This document shows, in pieces, positions 25,316-33,519 of a DNA stretch of 38,529 nt. The first letter of the stretch is position 1. Each line of letters opens with the position of its first letter. The notes beneath the pieces were generated by a model. It saw nothing but the letters and a program-made list of their open reading frames with translations. It did no database searches and had not been told where the DNA came from. A program made the position numbers and the translations under genes. The stretch covers positions 1 to 38,529 of IMG/VR virus record IMGVR_UViG_3300011422_000010, one strand, 5' to 3'. This DNA is from a virus (Duplodnaviria; Caudoviricetes).

Positions 25316-25936
25316 TCACACGATCAGCGCCTTGCAATCCAGCCCCTCGGCCTCGAAGCGCTCAAGCAGCTCGCGCTGGTGCGTCTCGTCCTTGCAGTTC
25401 ACGATGATCTTGTGTTCGAGCTGCTGGTCGGGGGTATTGTCGGGAGGGGCGTCGTCCGGCTTGTCCGACCCGTCGGGCGGAACGACTCCGGCGTCCTGGG
25501 CGAGCCGGCTCATGAGCTGCTGCAGCTCCTCGTCGCCGAACTGCACGTCGCGGAGAAGGGCGTCGAGGGCGCCAGCATCGGCCTCAGCCAGGGCGGTGAG
25601 CGGGTCCAGGGTGGCGAGGATCTTCTTTTCGGTCGCCTCGTCCCAGTTTCCGATCAGCACCGGGACCTTGCCCTTGCCGGCGAACAGTTCGCGGCGGGCG
25701 TGCCCGTCGATGAGTCGGCCAGTGCGCTCGTTGTAGAGGAGGGCGCCGGCCCACCCGACCTCGGCCATGGCGGCCTGGAGCGAGGCGACCTGGGACTTGG
25801 GGTGCTTGCGCCAGTTGCTCGGGTTCTCGTCGAGCTCAGCCGGATCGCGCCATTCCAGGCGCAGGGGCTTGGGCGGCTCGGCGTGCGGCCCCTCGGCTTG
25901 TTGCGCCTTGTCCTTGCGGGTCCGATTCTTGGCCAT
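25316..25936 (-). CDS. ParB/Srx-like N-terminal domain protein
   Basis: ENPSNWRKHP...VGWAGALLYNERTGRLIDGHAR; GGAGGAG RBS before the ATG at 25936. Confidence 0.85.
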   Translation of the reverse strand: MAKNRTRKDKAQQAEGPHAEPPKPLRLEWRDPAELDENPSNWRKHPKSQVASLQAAMAEVGWAGALLYNERTGRLIDGHARRELFAGKGKVPVLIGNWDEATEKKILATLDPLTALAEADAGALDALLRDVQFGDEELQQLMSRLAQDAGVVPPDGSDKPDDAPPDNTPDQQLEHKIIVNCKDETHQRELLERFEAEGLDCKALIV

Positions 25937-25980
25937 CCGTGACTCCTCCCGGGGGATAGTGCGGGCGCCTGTACGCGGGA

Positions 25981-26259
25981 CTACAGCCACTCGTAGCCGC
26001 GCGCCTTGGTGGACGACACCGGCTCAGCCCGCAGTGGGATGCGCGGGAACGGCGCGCCATCGGGGATGGGCGTCAACGCCGGCGAGCTGACCTCAAACAG
26101 CAACATGGCCGTCATCATGCCGTCCGGTCGTTGCTCGTGTTCGGCATCTGCGGTGACGAGCCGCAGGTCGCGAGGCAATTCAACGTCAGCACGGAGCACA
26201 TGGCCGCCCTGGAGTACTCGCATGAAGTCGGCCATCGACAGCTCGAGAATGACGGCCAT
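25981..26259 (-). CDS. Hypothetical protein
   Basis: 92 aa, GGAGG RBS. Confidence 0.6.
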   Translation of the reverse strand: MAVILELSMADFMRVLQGGHVLRADVELPRDLRLVTADAEHEQRPDGMMTAMLLFEVSSPALTPIPDGAPFPRIPLRAEPVSSTKARGYEWL

Positions 26260-26274
26260 GAGACGCCTCCCCGC

Positions 26275-26350
26275 GCAAACAAACTCTCTCTATCGCCCTG
26301 TCTGTTCCCTGAACCCCGCCGGCCGGGCGACCTTCGGCGAAGGACCCGCC
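26275..26350 (-). other. Putative cos (packaging) region
   Basis: GGGTCCT (identical to lambda cosQ) at 26341-26347 in a non-coding gap just upstream of the packaging operon. Confidence 0.4.
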
Positions 26351-26422
26351 GCTACCAGGGCGGGCCAGCATATAGAACACGAATCGTATTAGCACGCAGA
26401 ATGAGAGCGGAACGGCACACAA

Positions 26423-26683
26423 TTACGGCAATGCGCTTTGCATCTGCTGCCGCCTGTCCTGCTCGAGCTCCGCGAAGGTGATCAGCGGCTCGCGCCCATG
26501 GCGCCGCGCGAAGTCGAACAACTCCGCGATCGTCAGGCTGAAGCGCTCGTGCGTTCCCTTCAGCCACAGCACAGCCCGGTCATGCACCAGCTCGATCATC
26601 ACCGGCCGCGCCATCTCGCGCGGGTGGCGTTGCACGAGCACTTGCGTCTCGCGCACCACTGGTCGCGTTAGTAGTCTTGCCAT
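26423..26683 (-). CDS. Hypothetical protein
   Basis: AGGAGGT RBS; MARLLTRPVVRET...; 86 aa. Confidence 0.65.
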   Translation of the reverse strand: MARLLTRPVVRETQVLVQRHPREMARPVMIELVHDRAVLWLKGTHERFSLTIAELFDFARRHGREPLITFAELEQDRRQQMQSALP

Positions 26684-26728
26684 CAATCACCTCCTGCCCG
26701 CGCGCGGCACTACCTGATCATACCGGGC

Positions 26729-27604
26729 TCATTCCCGTGAGGGGAACGCGCCGCTGATGGGTTGGCTGCTGCCGGCGGCTGAGGCGCCGGCCCCAGTCGG
26801 ACTGCCCTGCGGCGTCCACACGCCGCCCGGCGAGAACTGCAGGGCGGTGGCGGGCCAGGGCTGACAGAACGGGATCACCTCGTTCGCCGGCAAACCGCGG
26901 ATCGGCTCGAGATCCTCGTCCGTCGGCGACCAGCCGATCGGCGGACGCGTGGACGTGCCTTCCACGCTGACCGCGTATTGCATCGGCGCGTACGTCCTGA
27001 ATTTCTCCGGCGGGATCGTGAAGCTCGGGTCGCTCGCCTCCTCGCGCGTGTAGCCGAAGTAGCGCGTCGCCATGGTCACGAGGATGCGCTGAAGGTACGG
27101 GGCCACCGCTTCGTAGAACTGCCCCGAGATGTCGTGGGCGAGCTCGTTGTCGGAGTGCTGCATGGCCTCGGTGATCATGAGCATGGCCAGCTCGGCGGTG
27201 TCGCGCATGAACGTCTGACGGCAGCCGCGGTCGCCGTAGAAGGGGATCGGGTAGAGTACGAACATCTGTGGCGACGGCTTGGCGTGCGTGGCCATCAGTC
27301 GCTTGTCCTTGAAGTCGATGGCCAGGTCGGAGAGCCGCTTGCGCGACACGATCACGAGCTGGTGGATCTCCTCCATCACGTCCCGGCCGGGCGGCCGGTC
27401 CATCTTCCTGTCCTCGTAGTGCCAGTAGACGTGGAAGAGCTGGCGGCCGGCGAGGGTCACGATCTCGTGGATCTTGCCGTTGTAGGTGTGCAGGTAGCGG
27501 CCGGTCTGCGGCACCGCGCAGCCGAGCTCCCCCCACACGCCGTTCTTGTACCAGCAGGGCGCGTCGCTGCGGAACGGCGGGAGCTGCGTTTGCAGTTCGG
27601 GCAT
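26729..27604 (-). CDS. Hypothetical protein
   Basis: 291 aa, GC3-rich coding frame, AAGGA RBS. Confidence 0.7.
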   Translation of the reverse strand: MPELQTQLPPFRSDAPCWYKNGVWGELGCAVPQTGRYLHTYNGKIHEIVTLAGRQLFHVYWHYEDRKMDRPPGRDVMEEIHQLVIVSRKRLSDLAIDFKDKRLMATHAKPSPQMFVLYPIPFYGDRGCRQTFMRDTAELAMLMITEAMQHSDNELAHDISGQFYEAVAPYLQRILVTMATRYFGYTREEASDPSFTIPPEKFRTYAPMQYAVSVEGTSTRPPIGWSPTDEDLEPIRGLPANEVIPFCQPWPATALQFSPGGVWTPQGSPTGAGASAAGSSQPISGAFPSRE

Positions 27605-27634
27605 GGTCGGGTCCTTCCTGGGGTTTGTGACGCG

Positions 27635-29263
27635 CTAAGAAGCGCGCTGTTTCACGTTCTGACCTGAATGGATCTGCTCGGCCAGCGACTCGATCACCGT
27701 GATGAACGGCAGGTTGCCCGGGTATTCGTCCGCCGCCCGCTTGAGCGCCTCGCCATAGGCGAAGCCCCAGCCGTCGGGCTCCTTCACGGTCACATACTCG
27801 CGCTGCCTCTCCACCACCTGCGGCGGCGGCGGGCCCTCTCGATAGATGACGCGCGGCGGCGGCTCCGGGATCGGTTCCGGAAGGCGATAGGAAGCTGGTT
27901 GCGCCGGCGCTCCCGCAGATGGCGGCGCGCTCGACCCTGTCGCGCGCCGCTGACGCCGGCGCAACCATGCCCGCAAGGCGAACCCGCCCAGGGTGATCCC
28001 CAAGCCGACGGGCCCGCTGATCGATAGCCCCAGGATCGCCGGCAGCCGGCTGAGCCAGGGGCCTACGGCCTCGATGACCGGCAGCGCCTTGTCGATGCCC
28101 TGCCGGGCCTCCTGGGCGTCCCTCTTCGCGGCGGTCGCTTTCTCCGCCGCTTGATCCGCCTGCAGGCTGATGTTTGAAAGGTCGGGCGCGCGGCCCGGTT
28201 CCCCCGGCACGCCGGGCGGGCCGGGCGGTCCGACTGGGCCCGCAGGACCAGGTGGCCCCGCAATCAACTGCACGCCCTCTCTTGGCGCGGGCGAGCTCGG
28301 CGGCGTCGTCAGCGGCGGGATGCGCGTGCCGCCGGCGGCGGGCGGATTGCCTCGCCGCGGCCAGCACCAGGCGATCCACGTCTGCTGCAGCTCGGCCAGG
28401 CTCTGGTAACCGTAATAGCGCTGGGCAGCGGCCTCCCACTGGTCGCCCATGCCTTCGCCGACGAACTTCAGGAACGTCGCCCGATCGCGCTGCTCCACCA
28501 GGAAGCGCGTGAGGCTGTAGCCCTGCGCGTAGAGCACCGAGAGGTCGTTCGCGCCCTTCGGATAATCCCGCAGGCACATCACCGTGTGTACGCTGAACGA
28601 ATGGCCGGCCCGGAGCTGATCGAGGCACAGCTCGTCGTGGCGCCGGCGTTCCTGGTCATCCTCCGAGAGGACCGCGGCCCCCTCGTCGGCCCAGCGCGGC
28701 ACCGGCCGGCGGAACTTGTACGCCAGCACCGTATGCGTGATCTCGTGAGGCAGCACGCTCTGGAGAATGCGGTCGAGCGAACCCTGCACGCTCATGTCCT
28801 GCGACTGGATCGTCCCCGGCCCGAACGCAAACACCGTGGCGCCGCCGGCGCCGCCGGCGGTGATGGTCACTTTGAGCGGGCAGCGCACGCCCCAGGCCGG
28901 CATCTCCCGGCCCAGCCATTCCACGGCTTTCTCACGCCGCCATTTCTCCGCCCATTCCCCGACGGTCTTGGCCGCGGCCGCCGGGTCATTGGTCCCGCCG
29001 GCGACGTGGATGCTGAAGTTCTCGGTCTGTGCGTGGGCGCCGCCCCGGGTCGCCTGGCGGGGCTGCGACCAGCCGGCCGGCGTCCCCGGCGTCTGGCCGG
29101 CCATGCGCGGGAGGCCGCGAACTGCGGCCATGGTGGGACCTCACGTGCCCCCCGGGGGACAAGCGGGCCCGATCGGCGCGCTGGGAAGCACGCGACCGGG
29201 CCCAGGGTTGGGCATGGCGCAGCCACTCGCGAAGATCAGTAGCAGCGCGGCCACCAGCTTCAT
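27635..29263 (-). CDS. Putative lipoprotein selenoprotein: peptidase MA-like HExxH domain, collagen stretch, coiled coil and TM (in-frame UGA at codon 41)
   Basis: GGAGGT RBS, MKLVAALLLIFASGC signal, CPPGGT-UGA-GPT in frame with 27635..29131; PHEITH...WADEG; GPP repeats; TM followed by RRRQRR. Confidence 0.65.
29113..29129 (-). promoter_or_regulatory. Candidate bacterial SECIS element
   Basis: GGCCGC-AGTTC-GCGGCC, 17 nt, beginning 11 nt after the UGA. Confidence 0.55.
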
Positions 29264-29458
29264 CAACCGGGTGACCTCCGGGGCATGGCGGACGTGCTCC
29301 TCAAGGAACCGCCGGAACTCCTCCACAGCGACCCGCCGGCAATGGGAGCCCGGCAGGCGAAAGCCGTTGAGCCAGCCCCGATCGATCCAGTTGGCCACAG
29401 TCTTCGGCGCCACGCTCATGGCCCTGGCGATCTTGCCGGTCGTGAGCTGCTTGGTCAT
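29141..29458 (-). CDS. Excisionase/MerR-like HTH protein, running in frame into the lipoprotein signal
   Basis: LTTGKIARAMSVAPKTVANWIDRGWLNGFRLPGSHCRRV; ATGA overlap with the upstream gene and GGAGG RBS. Confidence 0.8.
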   Translation of the reverse strand: MTKQLTTGKIARAMSVAPKTVANWIDRGWLNGFRLPGSHCRRVAVEEFRRFLEEHVRHAPEVTRLMKLVAALLLIFASGCAMPNPGPGRVLPSAPIGPACPPGGT

Positions 29459-30072
29459 GGCCGCCTCCGGGACAGTCCGCACTTGCAGGCCACGTGCAGC
29501 GAGTTGTAGACCTCGATCCAGTCCTCGCCGTAACGGCATCGGTCATCGATGACGTCGGGAGTCACCGCCCGCGACGGCAAGCCGAAGGTGTAGGGGTTGT
29601 GCTGAAGGCGACGCGGCCAGCCCCAGTCATAGGCCCAGGCGACCAGGTTGCCGCAGGTCTTGTAGGGTAAGACGCCCAGGGTGCGGCTGAACCAGGTGGT
29701 CGAGCAGAGACCGTCGAGAGCGTAGAGGGGGAGCTTGAGCGGCGCGTACCAGTCGCCGGTCAGCTCGAGGGCCTTGGCGGCGACTTGGCGGCGCTCCACG
29801 TCGCTCAGGCGCACGTTCCGCCAGATCACAATCTCCTGGCCCTGGTAGCGCTCCAGCGGCGTGCGTGTGACGCGCCAGAGCGATTCGACGACCTCGGGCG
29901 TGCTGTTGAGGTCGCCCAGGGCCAGGGCGACGTGTGAGACGCGCGCCTCGTTGTCGAGGCCCTTGCCCTGCAGGAGCTGGAAGGCGCGGATGAGCCGGCT
30001 CGTGCGGCTCCACGAGCGGGAGAGCACGATGTCGGCCGGGAGCAGCTCGGGAATCGGAGCGCAGACCCTCAC
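29455..30072 (-). CDS. Permuted papain-like NlpC/P60 amidase (YiiX/YebB-like)
   Basis: PADIVLS, SHVAL (His before Cys), VVES, TCGNLVAWAY, VTPD. Confidence 0.78.
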   Translation of the reverse strand: MRVCAPIPELLPADIVLSRSWSRTSRLIRAFQLLQGKGLDNEARVSHVALALGDLNSTPEVVESLWRVTRTPLERYQGQEIVIWRNVRLSDVERRQVAAKALELTGDWYAPLKLPLYALDGLCSTTWFSRTLGVLPYKTCGNLVAWAYDWGWPRRLQHNPYTFGLPSRAVTPDVIDDRCRYGEDWIEVYNSLHVACKCGLSRRRP

Positions 30073-30365
30073 GCGACATCCCTTTCGCTGGGGGTGCAGG
30101 GGCTGACGCCCCCGACTCCGTTGTGCGAGGGCGGCTCAGGGCGGTGGTGGCCGCCTTCAATGCGATCGAGCCGGGTGCAGACGTCATGCTGCAGTGACTT
30201 GAGGGCTCTGAAGAAACCCCGACGCGCTCGGCGCTGGTCTGTGCGCTGATCCGCGATCAGCTTGGGGATCGCGCGGCGCACCAGGTACCAGTGCTCGTAC
30301 AGCAACGCGGCGAGCAGGATGCCGCCGAGCCCCCATTTGACGAGTTCCTGGAGGATGGTGTCCAT
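30069..30365 (-). CDS. Small membrane protein, holin-like
   Basis: N-terminal TM (WGLGGILLAALLY) followed by a basic helical tail; first gene after the late promoter. Confidence 0.55.
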   Translation of the reverse strand: MDTILQELVKWGLGGILLAALLYEHWYLVRRAIPKLIADQRTDQRRARRGFFRALKSLQHDVCTRLDRIEGGHHRPEPPSHNGVGGVSPCTPSERDVA

Positions 30366-30444
30366 TGGGGCGCGTCGAGACCGGTCCACCAGTTGTCTGT
30401 TCCGGTGCGGCGGACCGATGAGCACTCGCGGGGTCGACCTGGTT

Positions 30445-30487
30445 GGCGTCCCTGCCGGCCGGGTCCCCGACGCCGTCCCTGGCGTCG
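30445..30487 (-). promoter_or_regulatory. Two AGGGAC-loop hairpins (CsrA/RsmA-type sites) in the late leader
   Basis: CGACGCC-AGGGAC-GGCGTCG and GGC-AGGGAC-GCC. Confidence 0.55.
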
Positions 30488-30500
30488 AGCGCTCGTCCGC

Positions 30501-30529
30501 ACCCTAATAGGCTGTCGGCATGAGGGCAA
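30501..30529 (-). promoter_or_regulatory. Putative late-operon promoter
   Basis: TTGCCC-17 nt-TAGGGT in the gap upstream of the lysis/packaging genes. Confidence 0.45.
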
Positions 30530-30606
30530 GCGCGAATGTCCGATTACAGCGGCCTTTGCGGGGGCACCAAAGGGCCAGAAGCGCTACGCCGGCCCGCACG
30601 GTTTGC

Positions 30607-31011
30607 CTAGTCGGCGTGGTCCGGGCGGCGGATGAGACGGGCGAAGGTCCAGTCGGCCAGCTCCGCGCGCGTCCCCTGGGCGGCGCATTTGCACGCGGCC
30701 TCGAGGGCCCGCACCGCCGGCGTGTCGTCCGCCGGCACGATGCCGACGATCGGCCCCTCGACGGCCTCGATGACGTCGAGCAGCGTGATCCGCTCCGGCG
30801 CCCGCCGCAGTCGATAGCCGCCGTTGGGCCCGCTGGTGCTGCGCAGGATGCCGGCCGCCACCAGCCGCTTCAGGCCCTTCATCATGGTGCGGGGGGGGAT
30901 GCCGCCGGCGGCCTTGCCCAGAGTGGCGGACGAGCAGGCCCGGCTGGGCGAGGTGCTCGCCAGGTGGAACACGGCGAGGGCGCAGTTGGTGGCCATCGAG
31001 CCGGGCTTCAT
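30607..31011 (-). CDS. Rrf2-family transcriptional regulator
   Basis: LKRLVAAGILRSTSGPNGGYRL...ITLLDVIEAVEG. Confidence 0.88.
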   Translation of the reverse strand: MKPGSMATNCALAVFHLASTSPSRACSSATLGKAAGGIPPRTMMKGLKRLVAAGILRSTSGPNGGYRLRRAPERITLLDVIEAVEGPIVGIVPADDTPAVRALEAACKCAAQGTRAELADWTFARLIRRPDHAD

Positions 31012-31022
31012 GCAGGGGGGCC

Positions 31023-32579
31023 TCAGTCCTCCAGGATCCGGACCTTGGCCGCCGGGGCCTTCTGGTACTTCTGCCCCTTGCCCGAGCCCTCGATGAGCAG
31101 GTAGCCGTCGGTCGCAAACGACCGGCAGAAGTTGGAGACGGAGGGCATGGCGATGCTGGCCCCGCGCCGGCGCAGCTCCATGAAAGCGGCATTGGCCGGC
31201 ATCGGCTGATCGAAGAAGCCCTCGGCGATCAGTTGGGCGAAACGCCCCTGCGGGGTGTCGCCCTTGATCTCCAGCACCTTGCGCTCGACGCGCACCTGCA
31301 GCTCCGGCTGGGACAGGACGATGCGGATCACCTCGGGGTCCTTGGGCAGCTCCTGGATGAGCCGCCTCTTGATGGCCTGGTAGAGCTTCTCCAGGTCGCC
31401 GGTGTCGCTCGCCGGGTGGCCGTTCGGGTAGGGAGGGTCCCGCGGATCCGCGGGCGGAACCGCGGCGGGCTTGCTGTTGCTGCTGCGGAGCCCGTCCAGG
31501 GTTTCTTCAAGAGCCCGGATGCGTTGCTTGAGTTGTTGATTCTCGGCCCGCAGGGCCTCGGCCTGTTCGCTCGTCACTGCATTGCTCCTCTCCGCGGCCG
31601 TGGGCCGCTTGACTCGATCGACACTGAGTTCCCCCAGCGCGATCCGTCGTGCCTCATCAGCCGGCATCCAGGCCGGCTGCACGTAGACCTTGACCGTGCG
31701 GTCCTTCCAGCACGCGTAGAACTGGCCGCGCTCCAGCTCGGCGATCTGGCCGGGCTTGGGCCGCTTGATGTTGGCGGGGATGTTGGCCAGGTTCCGCCGG
31801 ATCTCATTAGCCTCGCGCTGCACGCCGATCAGCCACACCGTGCAGCCGCGGAGGATCACCTTGTCGACGCCGGCCATGTCCTGGGAATCGACCCAGATGA
31901 AGTTGCCGATACCGGCGCCCTTGCGGACCAGCTCGACGGCGCCGGCCTTCACTGGCGAGTTCTTGCCCTCGGGCACGAACTCCCAGGCCTCCGGGACGAC
32001 GGTCACCACGCCGTGCTCGCGCTCGTTGACCCAGTCGATCGCCGAGCGCACGAAGAGCATCTGCATGGCCGCCTGGTAGCCGCTGACGTCCATGACGTTC
32101 AGCCCCGGCCGCAGGCTTACCCCTGCGGCGAGCGGCGTCCGGCCGATCTCGGGCACGATCAGCTCGAGGTAGGCGTCGAGCTGGGTATAGACCCCTTCGT
32201 TGATGCCCTTCGCTTTCACGAGCGCCTTGCGGACCTCCTGGTGGACCTCGGCCAGCGTGCGCGTCGTCCGGCAGATCTTCATAATCCACGGCCGCAGGAA
32301 CTTATTCTTCTCCTGCAGGGTGGCGTCGATGATCGAGGTCACAAACTGCCAGTCGGCGCGATCGCGGAAGTAGGGCGCCAGGCGGTTGCCGCCGGCGAAG
32401 CTGGCCTCGCCCCGCTTGGTGACGAACGCGATCGCCGGCACTCCCGCGCGATAAACGAGGGCCTCCAGCGTCGTGGTCTTGCCACTCTCCTGGGTCTGGC
32501 CCGTGACGGCTAGGTGCTTGAGCGGGATCTCGACGGGCTCGCCGGTGTCGACTTCGAAGCCGAGGTGGAGCGTGGTCAT
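31023..32579 (-). CDS. HerA/FtsK-like P-loop ATPase with coiled coil and C-terminal wHTH-like region
   Basis: HLAVTGQTQESGKTT, VVPEAWEF, RKG, DSQ...VDK. Confidence 0.75.
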   Translation of the reverse strand: MTTLHLGFEVDTGEPVEIPLKHLAVTGQTQESGKTTTLEALVYRAGVPAIAFVTKRGEASFAGGNRLAPYFRDRADWQFVTSIIDATLQEKNKFLRPWIMKICRTTRTLAEVHQEVRKALVKAKGINEGVYTQLDAYLELIVPEIGRTPLAAGVSLRPGLNVMDVSGYQAAMQMLFVRSAIDWVNEREHGVVTVVPEAWEFVPEGKNSPVKAGAVELVRKGAGIGNFIWVDSQDMAGVDKVILRGCTVWLIGVQREANEIRRNLANIPANIKRPKPGQIAELERGQFYACWKDRTVKVYVQPAWMPADEARRIALGELSVDRVKRPTAAERSNAVTSEQAEALRAENQQLKQRIRALEETLDGLRSSNSKPAAVPPADPRDPPYPNGHPASDTGDLEKLYQAIKRRLIQELPKDPEVIRIVLSQPELQVRVERKVLEIKGDTPQGRFAQLIAEGFFDQPMPANAAFMELRRRGASIAMPSVSNFCRSFATDGYLLIEGSGKGQKYQKAPAAKVRILED

Positions 32580-32779
32580 GGGCGCGCGCCCTCCTCGGTC
32601 TGGGGTCGAAAGCCCTTCGCAGCACCTGCCTTCAACAGTTCCTCGCAGCGCTCGACGTCAACGTCCGGCCCGCCGGTCACCAGGCCGTACTTGCGGGCCG
32701 AATCCACCTGCAGCCAGATCTCGGCCAGGTTCACGGCCTCCTGCCATTCGGCATCGGTCTGTGGCATGCGGCGCTTCAC
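32576..32779 (-). CDS. Hypothetical protein
   Basis: 67 aa; 4-bp overlaps with both neighbours. Confidence 0.65.
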   Translation of the reverse strand: MKRRMPQTDAEWQEAVNLAEIWLQVDSARKYGLVTGGPDVDVERCEELLKAGAAKGFRPQTEEGARP

Positions 32780-33519
32780 GCGCGGGCCTCCGGTGGAAAG
32801 GTCTGCACGTAGCGGCGCTCCAGCTCGCGCCAGACGCCGTCGCTGCCTTCGCGGAGCAGCAGCTCGTAGACCTGGTCGGCGTCCGACGAGCTATCCGGGT
32901 AGCAGGGCTGGCCCTCGGTGTATTCACAGACAACCAGATCCCCGTACTGGGCCGGCTCGATGATGGGCCCCGTGACGGGATCGACGCCGAGCCAGCGGGG
33001 CCCGCAGACCCTCTGCCGGCTGGGCTCGTGGCCCTCCCACAAGGGGCGTGTGCTGTGGATCTGCACACAGTGCAGCGGCAAGAACGTGCTCCTGATCTCG
33101 GACTCGTCGAAGAGCAGCTCGGCCGAGAGCACTGCGTCGGTCACGGCGGGCAGCATCCAGTTGGTGAAGAGGATGAACACCACAGCGCCCTCGGGGCCCT
33201 TGAGGGCCATGTGCAGATCGACGCCGTGGATGCCGAAGTTCTTGCTCGGGTCCGCATCCCGGCGATCGAACGCGGGCGTCAGCTCGATGGACCGTACCAA
33301 CGTCATGGGCCTCGCCGCGGCGTGCACCTGGTCGATCCACCGACGCAAGTTCCGCAGCTCGATCCGGGCCTGCCGGATCTGCTCCTCGTATTGCCGTTGC
33401 AACGGCTTCCAGCCCCGGCCGTCTTCGACCAGGACGTCGAGCAAGAGGTCCAGCTCGCGCACGTGCCGATAGCCGCGCTGGACCAGGTCCCGGAGGCGTA
33501 AGCTGGCCAGTCCGGTCAT
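32776..33519 (-). CDS. Phage hypothetical protein
   Basis: Start at MTGLAS via ATGA overlap; KNFGIHGVD...KGPEGAV segment. A second possible start at MTLVRS. Confidence 0.65.
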   Translation of the reverse strand: MTGLASLRLRDLVQRGYRHVRELDLLLDVLVEDGRGWKPLQRQYEEQIRQARIELRNLRRWIDQVHAAARPMTLVRSIELTPAFDRRDADPSKNFGIHGVDLHMALKGPEGAVVFILFTNWMLPAVTDAVLSAELLFDESEIRSTFLPLHCVQIHSTRPLWEGHEPSRQRVCGPRWLGVDPVTGPIIEPAQYGDLVVCEYTEGQPCYPDSSSDADQVYELLLREGSDGVWRELERRYVQTFPPEARA

